From NCBI GenBank assembly GCA_050230475.1, contig JBFLGF010000115.1, positions 56,666 to 76,665 of the forward strand: a DNA stretch of 20,000 nt, in the 5' to 3' direction. Shown here one piece after another: positions 9,752-20,000 of the stretch. The position numbers and the translations under genes are program-made. The stretch comes from Ancylonema sp. (taxonomy: Eukaryota). Positions within the stretch are counted from its first letter, which is position 1, and each line of letters opens with the position of its first letter. A model generated the notes under the pieces. The model did not search any database, was not told where the DNA came from, and saw only the letters and a list, made by a program, of their open reading frames with translations.

Positions 9752-12700
9752 ATGGAGCTAACCGATGCTGTAGTGGGCAGCATGGCCATGGGCGCTGTTT
9801 TCAAAGACTATGTGAGCACAACGCGCATCAGATGACATAACAGAGCAGTGGTTTTCAATTCTACGTTACGCCTCTGTCCGGAACCTGAGAAAGTCTTGAC
9901 TTTTATGACGGGTTCAGCTGGTTGTGATGCAATTGAATCATGTCTGCGCCTTCACCCTTCCCTTCCCATCCCTTCCCTTCCCTTCCCTTCCCTTCCCTTC
10001 CCTTCCCGTCCCTTCCCGTCCCTTCCCTTCCCTTCCCTTCCCTTCCCTTCCCTTCCCTTCACGTATTTCAGAACGGGAGGATCAACTCTCTTGACTTTCA
10101 CCGAACGGAAGACCTGCTGGTTACTGCAAGTGATGACGAGTCTATCCGTCTTTACAATACGGCAACAGCCACGTGAGTTCGTTGGACAATTGGGTTGACT
10201 ATAGGGGCTACAGCACTAATATGGGCTCTCCATAGCGAGGGCGTGTAGTTCGCCACGGATTCAAACTGGAATGTTGTACACTGATTTGCTCTACAAATAC
10301 ATAAGAGTCGTGTAGCTGTGAACTGTATGTTTCTAGTATATCATGGATGCGGTAATACACAGCAACTGCATTCTCTGATACAGCAGTGGATCTGCAGGCG
10401 ATCCTTGCCTAAGAACACTAGAACTTGTCCACGCGAATGCGCTAAGACCTGTCTTGTCATATTCTATCCTATTCATATTTTCAGAGTCATTGTAGGCGGG
10501 TGCCGCATATTTTCGCTTGTCAAAACTCAAATGCAACTCTTGACTTGCTTTCTGGATCTCGATGGCGAGCGTACTGTATGTGAATTTGCATTTGAAAGTA
10601 TTTTTTTTGTTTCGCCACGAATCACACTCTAATGACTCTCATTCTGCTCGTGGTGGTAGTATTTTCTCGGAGCCTGGTAGCAGACCTGGGGTGCCCGGGC
10701 CTTGTGTTTGTTTATCTCCTTTCTTGGCCTTGATAGGAACTAACGAGCCGGTGGGAACGCTAGAAGTAATTGTCTGTTCATCCTCAGAACGCGTGCATGG
10801 CGACAAGCATAGGGACAAGGGACAAGAAAGGGACTCATGATTTTATTTGATCTTATTTGGTTTCTCCTTCAGATGCGAGAAAGTGATTTACAGCAAGAAG
10901 TACGGCGTGGATCAGATCTGCTTCACGCATCACGCCAGCTCTGTCGTCTACTCCTCCAAAAATGGCTGGGATGGTATGAAAATAGCCAACCGTAGATTGC
11001 CATATTCCCACCCCTTCTATCATGCACACATTGCCCTAGACTCGAGCCATTGCTCTACAATACAGCAGTGATGATTATGGCAGTGGGTGAGTGAGATTTT
11101 GATGGGAGGTGCCTCTGTGTCCTGTTGCTGCCACAGAATCGCTCCGCTACTTGTCGCTCTACGACAATCGCTACGTGCGCTACTTCAAAGGCCACAGAGA
11201 CAGGTAAATCTGTTTGCCAACCCTACCCACCCTGACCTGTTTCTCATCTCAGCTGTTATCCAATATGAAAAGTAGGGAGGCGTGACAGCTGGCGGACGGG
11301 TGGGGCGCCTGTTTGAACTCTGTTTTTGATTGGGCTCTGCCGGTGGTCCTTTGGTTTGCAGGGTGGTATCTCTGTGCATGTCGCCCAAAAACGACTCCTT
11401 CATGTCCGGGTCGCTGGATCACACGGTGCGGCTATGGGACCTCCGCACCATCATCTGCCAGGTGACAGACAGAGGAAAGCCGTCCTGTGAGACCACAGAT
11501 GAGCATTTCCAGAAAACTGAGACGCAGGCCTATGGAAGTCAGCCTGGAAAACAGATTCATCCCCTGGCGAGTGTCGATTCTCGATTCTCGATTTTCGATC
11601 CAGCTCAGATTCGGCATGCATCTACTTCCTACACTCTCACACAGGGAGAGCAAATCCTCCCGGACTATGAACTTTGGACTATAGACTGTGGAGTGTTGGT
11701 TAGACAACGTGAACCAAGTTGAGAGTGGAGTAGGTGAGTTAGGGGGATGTGGTTCGAGGTTCAGGGTCTCATGCGCGTGCGTGGTCGCCCCTCTGTGGCC
11801 TACGACCAACAAGGACTCGTGTTCGCGGTGGCCATGGAAGGAGGGGCGGTCAAACTGTGTGATGTGAGGTCGTACGAGAAGGTGAAGGGCTCTATCTGCC
11901 CCCGAACATGAACCTGAACCCGAAGCCTAGGGTTTGAGATGTACTGAATTCACTTTCGTCTGAGGACTGATGACACTCTCGGATAGAGGATCACCTGCTG
12001 CAGGACGGAAGGTCTTGTATGTTCACCAAGAATTTCGTAGCATGGTTCTAAGTCGAGGTTGTGTAGAGTAAGAGGTGGATTTTGAGTTGCGTGTTCTCAA
12101 GGAGCGGGTGGGATTCAGGGCCCCTTCGACACCTTTTTGGTTGGTGGAGACACGTCGGAGGTGACGGGGATCCGTTTCAGCAACGATGGGAAGTTGATGC
12201 TGCTGTCGACCACCGACAGCCGCACCTACATCGTGGACGCGTACAGCGGGAAAATCGTGAGAGGCCAAACAAACGTGTCTGCTGCATCCTCGATGCTTGT
12301 CTCAATTCAGGTTTCGATTCAAAACAGCACTGTAGGTTCACTACAGCTCTGGCTTTGGTAGACTGATCTCTCTCTCTCTCTCTCTCTGGTCTTTGCTCTT
12401 TGTGTACAGCTGGATCTGATCGGCAGAGGGTCACACCAGATCTGTTCAACACCTGTTGTTCGGTGTGTATTGGTTTGACGCTCTGCTCTGACCCTCGTTC
12501 CCCTGTCTCACTCACGCCCATCCCCCCTCCAGATGGTGACCCTCGAGTTGAAACCCGACCCCGAGGGTGCTCCGCTCGAAGCGTGCTTCAGCCCGGACGG
12601 GAGATACGTGGTATCAGGTAAGACAAGGGATAGCTGTCCTTGGAACTGATGTGCTTGTTGAGCAGGGGGACGGTGTTGCCATGTTGAGCAAGGGGGGAAG

Positions 12701-14055
12701 TCGGTGTTGCGCACCAGTTGCAGCTGGACACGTGTCACAAATTGCTTGCGGGGCTGCAGGGTCGGGAGATGGGAGTGTGAGGATATGGAGCTCTGGGAAT
12801 GGAGCACAGGTGAGGGGAGGATGATTTTAAATGGCATGGCACCTTGACACCTTCTATAACTCCTGAAAGCAGGACTGAGGTAGTAAAAGTTATAAAATCA
12901 TGTTTTGGCATTTGTGATTCATTTAAACCTTTCTGGACAGCAAGAGATTCGTGTTTACATTCGTGTTTACATTCGTGTTTTGCAACTCTACCGCACATGG
13001 ATGAGTCTGCTCCGTTGGTTTCGGACTCAATGCCGTCAGGTCTATATGACTGCTGGCCTTATCCTGCGTGGCATGTCAGATTATGCATCCGCAACAGACG
13101 CTTACCTTCGCTGTTTATTCATTATGATGATATGATGCTCTCGCGAAAGGAGTCGTGAGAGATATGTAAAATCACTCTGCTGATACTGCTCATCCCGAAA
13201 GATACTTTCTGGGATTGTGAAAGTCATTCTAACTCTCAAGCAAGCGAACCAGAATCTCACAAGGTCACAGTGTCGATTTCTTCCTGTCCATCATATGACC
13301 TGATTCCGCACCACCGAATATATGCAACGCCGCAATCAGTGTACACCTGTCGTTCTGGAGCACACCTGGTCCGGCTGTGGCGAGACAGCAAGTAGCCGGA
13401 CAGCTATGTCCATGTGGGATGGGGAGTGGTCGGTGTGATTTGAAGATAGGGTCTGAGAGCGTTCAGGGTCTAGGTCACACCCGTTAATGAGATGGGCGTG
13501 GGGCTGTGGGTCGGCCTGGAATCCACCTCATCCTCCCTCCCCATTTTCAGCTCGTCACCATTTCCCAGTCCACATACCGAGAGTGAAGGTGGCGGGTTGG
13601 CAATGGCAGATAGTAGTGGTTGTGTGCAGCCCATTGAGCCCACCACCTGCACCAGGGACCCCAGGGGATGGAATGGGGCCTGGGCCATACAGGCTGGGGG
13701 CTGGATAGGGAGGTGGACTGGGGGCCTGGCCTGTTTTTTACTGTCATTCGGTGCGGGAGAGAGTGACAGAGAGAGGGAGGGAGGGAGAGAAAGATGGATG
13801 AGAGGAGGGAAGAAGAAATGCCATGGTGCAGTTATATATGTTTGGTGGGCAGGGCGAAGGAAGAATGGTAGTGGTGTCTCAGCACTGTGTGTATGCGTGT
13901 ATGTGTGTGTGTGGGTGGTGCAGTTAGTGGAGTGGAAAGACCATGCGGGAACGCCAGCTGTCGTCAAGTGGGCCCCACGTCGACTTATGTTCGCAAGTGC
14001 TTCTATTGTTCTTGCATTCTGGATCCCGGACCTCTCCAAGTTTGCGCCTGTGTAG
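9752..14055 (+). CDS. WDR82: WD40-repeat protein WDR82/Swd2 family (COMPASS-like H3K4 methyltransferase and PP1/3'-end complex subunit; plant APRF1/S2L-type), 10 exons, 316 aa
   Basis: Exons 9752-9811, 10072-10172, 10873-10973, 11137-11203, 11362-11461, 11765-11881, 12119-12256, 12533-12617, 12760-12809 and 13924-14055. All introns are GT-AG, phases are consistent, total 951 nt. The translation MELTDAVVGSMAMGAVFKDY-NGRINSLDFHRTEDLLVTASDDESIRLY...SKKYGVDQICFTHH...ESLRYLSLYDNRYVRYFKGHRDRVVSLCMSPKNDSFMSGSLDHTVRLWDLR...AYDQQGLVFAVAMEGGAVKL...KGPFDTFLVGGD...FSNDGKLMLL...FSPDGRYVVSGSGDG...KWAPRRLMFASAS carries the hallmark WDR82 motifs. Confidence 0.95.
9955..10060 (+). repeat. (CCCTT)n pentanucleotide microsatellite in WDR82 intron 1
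   Basis: About 21 near-perfect CCCTT units ending 11 nt before the exon 2 start. Confidence 0.95.
12367..12387 (+). repeat. (TC)n microsatellite in WDR82 intron 7
   Basis: Run of TC dinucleotides seen directly. Confidence 0.9.
12947..12980 (+). repeat. 12-bp tandem repeat (ATTCGTGTTTAC x~3) in WDR82 intron 9
   Basis: Three consecutive copies, the last one truncated. Confidence 0.85.
13886..13912 (+). repeat. Imperfect (TG)n tract before the last WDR82 acceptor
   Basis: TGTGTGTATGCGTGTATGTGTGTGTGT seen directly. Confidence 0.8.
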
Positions 14056-14618
14056 CACGCCTGTGTGCCACGCTTGTAGGATGTGGCTTCAAATGAGTGT
14101 GCTCCTAAATCACTTGTATAGCGGATTACACGCATCGTTGGTTATTTTTTACTAGGCATGCACAAGGCTGGCTACTAACATGTAGTGCGATAGTGGTGCA
14201 ACATCGTGATCCTGTACCTCCACTATTTACTTCAGTACAAGTCAAGGTTGATGTTTTGTACGCGGCAACATTTGTGATTTGGAGAGAGCAGCATGTATTG
14301 CGCTCAAGTATGACTTTGGTGCACGCAAGCTCTTACGAATGTATGGAGAGCGCTACACCACTACTTTCATCACTGAAATTTGTATGAAAAGAGTAGGGGA
14401 GCTGAGTGTTTGTTTGTTTGTGTGGCCGCGAAAACAACAAAATCAACCTCTCTGCCTCTATGTTTCCCGTTGACTCTTGCCTTAAGCCTTGGATTCGCTT
14501 TGCTATAGACGTCCAATCCTCCCGAATATGACACTATCAAGCTGCCCTGTTGAATCGTTGGGCTAACAAAAGTTAGCGATGAAATAAATGTAGAGTTGAC
14601 ATTGAGGTCTCCGACTAC

Positions 14619-15511
14619 CATAGTTGCACGAATCGGCTGTTTTATTTTTTTGAAACTGGTTCCGAGATGGAACCGTTTCGGAACCAGACAAACCGGGTGA
14701 TTTTGAGGGTTTTCCTCCTTCCCCTGGTATAACTCTTTTCCCACCAGAAAAATGTGCGCGGGGAGAATATATAATTGTACATGTTCATGTTGGTGACTCC
14801 ACGTCACTGTCATACGCAAATTTTGCTGAATATTTCATCGGGAAAATATGGCGCGGCCATTGCAAGTTTTAATTTGCTTTCTTTCGCGCCATGGCAGCAC
14901 GTGGCCGAAAATAGCACCCAACCTTTCACTCTCGCACACACATCCGGCTTTGGAGAAGCAAGGGATGTGGAAGGTAGGGGGGAAGAGTATAATATACAAG
15001 TCTTTGAGAGCACGATTTGAAAGAGAAAATACAAGGAAGGTTAAAGCATATGTCAAGTGCCATTAGATTACGGGTGAAAGCATCTTCTCGCAACATTTTC
15101 ACATGGATGTATAATTCGGAAATGGGAATGTGGAACATAGATGAGCATAGGATGATCATGAAAAGATACAATCATTTCATTGATTGTACATAAATAAAAG
15201 AAATAAAAAACAGTTTGCAAAGAAGCGAGCAAAACATACAAATGCACCAAAAATCATGAGGGTGTACTCATGCGGGAAATCGTTTTGAGTTCTTTTACAA
15301 TGGATATCATTTGTTTGATATTTTTATTGGATGGAGCATGACGTGCTACACACACAAAAAAATAGTCTTTCGTTTTTTCCCGTGCCATATAACCCCTCAA
15401 AATGAAGTGAAGAAACCCTAAGTCCTCCGGTTCCGAACCGCGGCGACTTTTGCCGGAACCGGTTCCATCTAAAATCCGGTGTAGAAACGGTTCGGAGTTC
15501 GTGCAACTATG
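14619..15511. mobile_element. Non-autonomous hAT-superfamily DNA transposon (893 bp)
   Basis: Perfect 14-bp TIRs CATAGTTGCACGAA (14619-14632) and TTCGTGCAACTATG (15498-15511). Perfect 8-bp TSD CCGACTAC (14611-14618, 15512-15519). Clustered subterminal GAACC/GGTTC and AAACGG/CCGTTT motifs at both ends. No transposase ORF. Confidence 0.92.
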
Positions 15512-17875
15512 CCGACTACTCAAGTCGGAAATCGTCCGGATTTGGTCCTAGACGGTACCAATGTGGAACCGGTCCGCGATATCTCCCTGATATTCTTCGT
15601 TCGCACTTCGTTCGGTCTTATGCACTCCTCAACGTGTCGTGCCCGCATGCACCCACTACGCCCGTTTCTTTCTTTCCTTTCTTGCTCGTTCTCCCTCCAT
15701 CTAAAGTCCCTAACGCTTCGATACCTTGCACACATTAGTTGTATGTTTAATCTTATTTTTGGAGCACCAAAACTCAACTATGGTTAAGAAAGAGTTGTGA
15801 CAATGGAATAATAGTGGTGGTTCATTCATGACAAGTTTGAGTAGTCGAAAAGGGATTTTAATGTCTTTCATTTGTGTCTTTGACGTGCTATATCTCTATA
15901 TCTTTTTTTGGTTTGCTTTGTGACATTGGGTTCCCATTGCTCAATTGAAAACAACGGCATGTTATAATATAGGCGTATGATGATGTATGTGAAGTGAGAA
16001 GGAAGCGTGTATTCGAAAGTGTGGTTGTGGAACGAGCTTGTTGAATATGCATACTCACTATCATGCACTTGATCACAAGTGAAAATCTCATGTCCCAACA
16101 TAGGATACACCATACCTTACTAAATAATCCCAGCCACAAAGCAATAGTAGACCCCCACACATTTGGCTAGCAAAAATATAATGGAGTACCATGAAAGAAA
16201 TATAACATCGTATTCAAGTCGAAGTGCGCATGTCATAAATAGAGGCGGATGAAACAAGATTTTGATTTCCCAAATAAAATCCCCTCTCCTTCCCCTTTTC
16301 CTCTATCCAACAGCACCTTAAGCACCCCAACTGCACCCCATCCGGGTCGGGGTCGGAGGGTGTACTGGTATGCGGTGTTAGCCTGCAGCCATCTGGTCGG
16401 ACCAACCGTTAAGTTGACCCGACAGGCAGTCGGGGACGGGCACTGCGCGGATGCGCAGTCGGCCGTCGTGCAGCTTGTCTACTGTACGTGCGGCACGTGG
16501 CAGACACGTTTCAGATCCCCGATTCAGCGATTCCAACCGACACTACCTGCTCTGTGGCGCGCTTCAAGTTGGTTTGCGGTGGCCACCGCATGATATCTGT
16601 CCGTTGTTTCTAGATTGCGATACGGTCGATACGGCGGAGATGCAATCAAATCCTTGCTTGCTGTGTATCTAGATCCCAAGAGCGACAAAGCTCGTCGTAG
16701 AGATCCGATCTGGGAGTTACTGGGGCGACCTGATTCGGCTATTGTGGATGGGGCAATTCCGATAAGATCTTCCTGACTCATGAGTCATCATCTACGATTA
16801 CGATCGCCTGCTATGGGTAGTTTCCTATCTCCACCTTACATATGTTGCAGATCTTGCAGAGCCGCCTCTGGTGACTAGGCATCCCACCTGCTTCCTGGTC
16901 GTGATAAGTTGAATAAGGAGGGAAGAGCCTGCGAACCATTCTCCACTTACCGGCACTTAGACACAGCAGATGCTACTGATCTCCTTGTTTGTTTAGTCGT
17001 ACTGTTTAGTCGAAAGGCCTTCACATTTTCTGCGCTAGGGGAACTGGTATCGCTGACGCCGGACATTTCGGAAGGCAGAAACAACAACCAGCCACTCTTT
17101 TTAAGAGGTCCAGAACATGGCGGCTTCAATTATTGAACATTTAACTGCGCTCCCGGGATCAGGAATTGAAGTAAATACTTTCGAGGTAAAAGCGATGGAA
17201 ATTACATGTTCTTAACTTGCAGCAAGACGTTGAATGTTTCATATTTGAGATTGTATCATTCTTAAAAAATGAATGGAGTACACGAAGCACTGTCTCATGC
17301 AAAGTTGTGTGTGTCCCTGAGCAGATGGGAAAGCACCGAGCTTTTCTTCCATCATTGGCATCGACACGCCCATCTTCCGTCAAAAGCCGGAGCCCTGTCC
17401 CAAGATCTATTGTAACAAACCAAGCCTCAACCGGCACCTCTACGACAATCAGGCCAAGTCCGCTGTCTGCTCTAGAGACGAGGCATGCCGTCAGCCCGCA
17501 CATATCTCTTAGTCGCGCCGTTGGCCTCACAGCAGTTGAAGGTACGTATGGCATGGCAAACGAAGGTCTACGATTTGTTTATAGAGGAAGGTACCCACAT
17601 GATCGGCTATCCAACCCGGCTAACATCATCAGTTACTGTTATTATTTTCACAATACATGATATCATTGTTCTGTGCAATTACGCTTGCGTCGACTCAAAA
17701 CTGGATCTCTCTTTTTCGTTGTGATTCGTTCGTTGGAAAGTTCTGAGAGATTGCGTTGCATCTGTTGCTTGCTCGATTTGCTGATCGATGACGTGAGGCT
17801 GCGATATCTGTATGTCCTGCTTCATATTCTTTCAATAGAGTCCTCCATGTGCCAAAATCAGCATGGAGGCGCGAC

Positions 17876-19428
17876 ATGGCCTGTCTCAGGGTCTGTCTTA
17901 CATTTGTCTTGGATCAGCGTCAGATCATCATTATGCTTGATCTGGCTCCGCATATTGAATTTCCTCGACCGAAATCTTCTTGGGGTTTCTTCTCTGAGTT
18001 GAAGCGAACCTTTCCCTTCCTTTCAATGCCCCCCGCAGACCTCATAGATGGTGCTGTTCTCTTCTGCTTTTCTGCCGCCCCCCCCCAGCCTTCAGTCCAA
18101 GCCGTCGTCACTAAATCTGGCCTAATGAGCCAAGAAACGCTGAAAGAAATTCTGGCCCCAATCGATCAGCAGAGCGGGCAACAGGGTGTCCACGAGTCGG
18201 ATCGCATACCTGCTTTCAATAGCCCTGACAATGGATCGCTGGAGCACACCAGCTACCAATCGGACCCTCTACCACAGTGGATTAATTCGGTACGCCCCTA
18301 CGCACCTTCGATACAATCTCGCTACTTCTTCGTCGCTGTCTCCCTCACTTACTTCAGGACTGTCTCCAGATTGTGAAGAAGGCACTGGAAGAGTGTCTTG
18401 ACGTAACCATCGCTTTGTGGATCTGGAGTGGGAATTTTGGTTCCCCTTTGTTGGGAACATCAAAAAGCGTAGGCTGACGCAGTTTTCCTTTGGGCGGGTG
18501 CAGTTCACAACTGGATTGGAAGGCCACCTGGCAGCTCTGGAATCTGCTTACAGAGCGAGTGAGCCTGGGCTGCTTCATCATCTGGAGGAGAGGTAGGAGG
18601 TGAATGGAGGAGAATGGGAGAGGCGCATGAGAATGGGAGGGGGACATACAATACTATACTCCGATGATATTCTACGAGTGGAATACAGATGCTGTTTATT
18701 GCTCTAGGTGTTGGTAGGTAGGAAACCTCGCTGGATGTCGTGCGCTGACTCGTGGTTTGGCGCATCGGAACCATAGCTGAAATGGAGCATTGGATGGTCT
18801 CTCAAGTTTGAAGAAAGGTTGAGGCGAAAACTCATTTGCTCTTGATTTGTCTTGCAGCTTGGATCATCAGGCATTCCCACTTGAACTTTCCCCTTCGCCT
18901 GAGGCACCTTTTATTGGAGACAGACAGTCTTCAGAGTCAGCCGCCCCACCTATGGAGTCTTCGGAAGCTGTTGATTCTTCTGTTTCGACGTTGGCTACAG
19001 CCCCGCTTCCCAATGTTTGCCTTGGCAATACAGTGTCTGCCATCGGGGCTGTGGCCCTCGCACAGCTGGCAGGCATCGTTAGCATCAAGGATCTAATCGG
19101 CACTGCTGGTTGGATGATGTCTGCCATCTGTGTCCGACCCGCACATTTTGTGCTGCGCGCTTTGCCAGCTGCGGGGCTGCTGTGTGCTGGGCTTCTGGTA
19201 CATTCGCATCGGCAAGCAGCATTGAAGTTGGTCGGTTTGACGTCCGATGAGAAGAGTGTAGAGTTTCAGGTGTCGTCTCTACGGACGCAGTGCATTTGGC
19301 AAGTTGCTGCCGTGGTGGTGTTGAGTGCAGTTCTTCCAGTGGGAGCGACAGCTGCACTCAGTGGCATTTTAATCTTACAATGCCATCAGTGGAGTGACGA
19401 ATTGGAGGCTTGCAAGTATTTGATCTGA
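17876..19428 (+). CDS. Predicted multi-exon gene for an unrecognised protein (~306 aa) with a hydrophobic, probably membrane-spanning C-terminus; N-terminus uncertain
   Basis: Model exons 17876-17890, 18089-18289, 18358-18402, 18504-18592 and 18858-19428, with GT-AG introns and phases that join without stops (921 nt): MACLR|PSVQAVVTKSG...PQWINS|DCLQIVKKALEECLD|FTTGLEGHLAALESAY...LHHLEE|SLDHQAFP...VALAQLAGIVSI...LPAAGLLCAGLLV...QVAAVVVLSAVLPVGATAALSGILIL...ACKYLI. Further upstream exons (for example one ending at the GAAG/GTACGT donor at 17541) are likely. Confidence 0.55.
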
Positions 19429-19886
19429 GTGTACCACGGGGTGGTGTGTTGTAAAATCTGGTGTTATGGTCGTCAAAGTAGCGCCTTTGTCCAGAATTGG
19501 CATAGGCTATAATAGAAGTCTAGTTTTTCACGCTGATTCTGAGAGCAGCATTTCATATGCAACATATATGTAGTTCCATCTTAGGATTTTACCTAGAAGG
19601 GCAAGATACTTCGAAGATATGACGTGAAAGAATGTTTCTGCCTAGTGCTGCAATGAAGTGTACACTGCTGTGACTAATTATATATAGCATTAAAACGATT
19701 ATAGCACATTTTCGACTTCGGATTTTCGACTTCTGGATGTTGGCAGTTGAAAGTAGATATTCCCTTGTCTCCGGTGGATTTGGAAATGCAAATGACATAT
19801 GGAGTATTTGACTGCATCATTGTGTTAACCATAGTACTTCTCCAACCATTACAGAAGTTGGAAAAATGTTTTAGATAATGTGTCTT

Positions 19887-19949
19887 TCAACTGGCCTCCT
19901 GAAGATGAATGCGCCGATGGAAGAAGCTGTACCTAACACCCTCTACCTT
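19887..19949 (-). CDS. Possible terminal coding exon of a convergent gene that extends beyond the window
   Basis: Minus-strand GTTGGCAG acceptor followed by KVEGVRYSFFHRRIHLQEAS-stop and then AT-rich UTR-like sequence. No family recognised. Confidence 0.2.
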   Translation of the reverse strand, partial: KVEGVRYSFFHRRIHLQEAS

Positions 19950-20000
19950 CTGCCAACATAACAATCATATTTCATTCGTCACTAAACACAGTTAATCCAG

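Noticed and set aside
9848..10198. Pro/Phe/Ser-rich ORFs (PFPSL repeats)
   Set aside because: Translation artefact of the intronic (CCCTT)n microsatellite.
12947..12980. CRISPR-like array (also the short repeats at 4123-4186, 11574-11598 and 19709-19736)
   Set aside because: These are head-to-tail tandem repeats without spacers, in eukaryotic DNA with no cas genes.
13470..13740. 7SL/SRP RNA or telomerase RNA
   Set aside because: No recognisable SRP helix-8 motif and no telomere template was found.
13470..14135. Long ORFs 13492-14055 (+) and 13470-14135 (-) as standalone genes
   Set aside because: They run through GA/GT simple repeats; only 13924-14055 has WDR82 homology and it is the last exon.
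15512..15553. Helitron 3' end (hairpin plus CTAG)
   Set aside because: CTAG is followed by A rather than the expected T, and no 5' TC end or RepHel sequence was identified.
16400..19400. Minus-strand ORFs as a LINE or DIRS retroelement
   Set aside because: No RT, endonuclease or recombinase motifs; plus-strand splice signals explain the region better.

Overview
Eukaryotic, intron-containing DNA that looks streptophyte or green-plant (inferred from the tRNA-iMet-type primer site and a plant-like WDR82). From left to right: (1) A decayed full-length Ty1/copia LTR retrotransposon on the minus strand (1171-7672) with paired LTRs, a half-tRNA-iMet primer-binding site, a PPT, TG...TA ends and a frameshifted gag-PR-IN-RT-RH polyprotein with three CCHC knuckles. 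It interrupts an acidic ORF that rejoins in frame across the insertion. (2) An intact 10-exon WDR82/Swd2-family WD40 gene on the plus strand (9752-14055, 316 aa). (3) An 893-bp non-autonomous hAT-type element with perfect 14-bp TIRs and an 8-bp TSD (14619-15511). (4) A phase-consistent multi-exon gene for an unrecognised protein with a hydrophobic C-terminus (about 17876-19428). I could not demonstrate a wholly new system from sequence alone. The unusual copia architecture and the unrecognised membrane-protein gene are the best leads.
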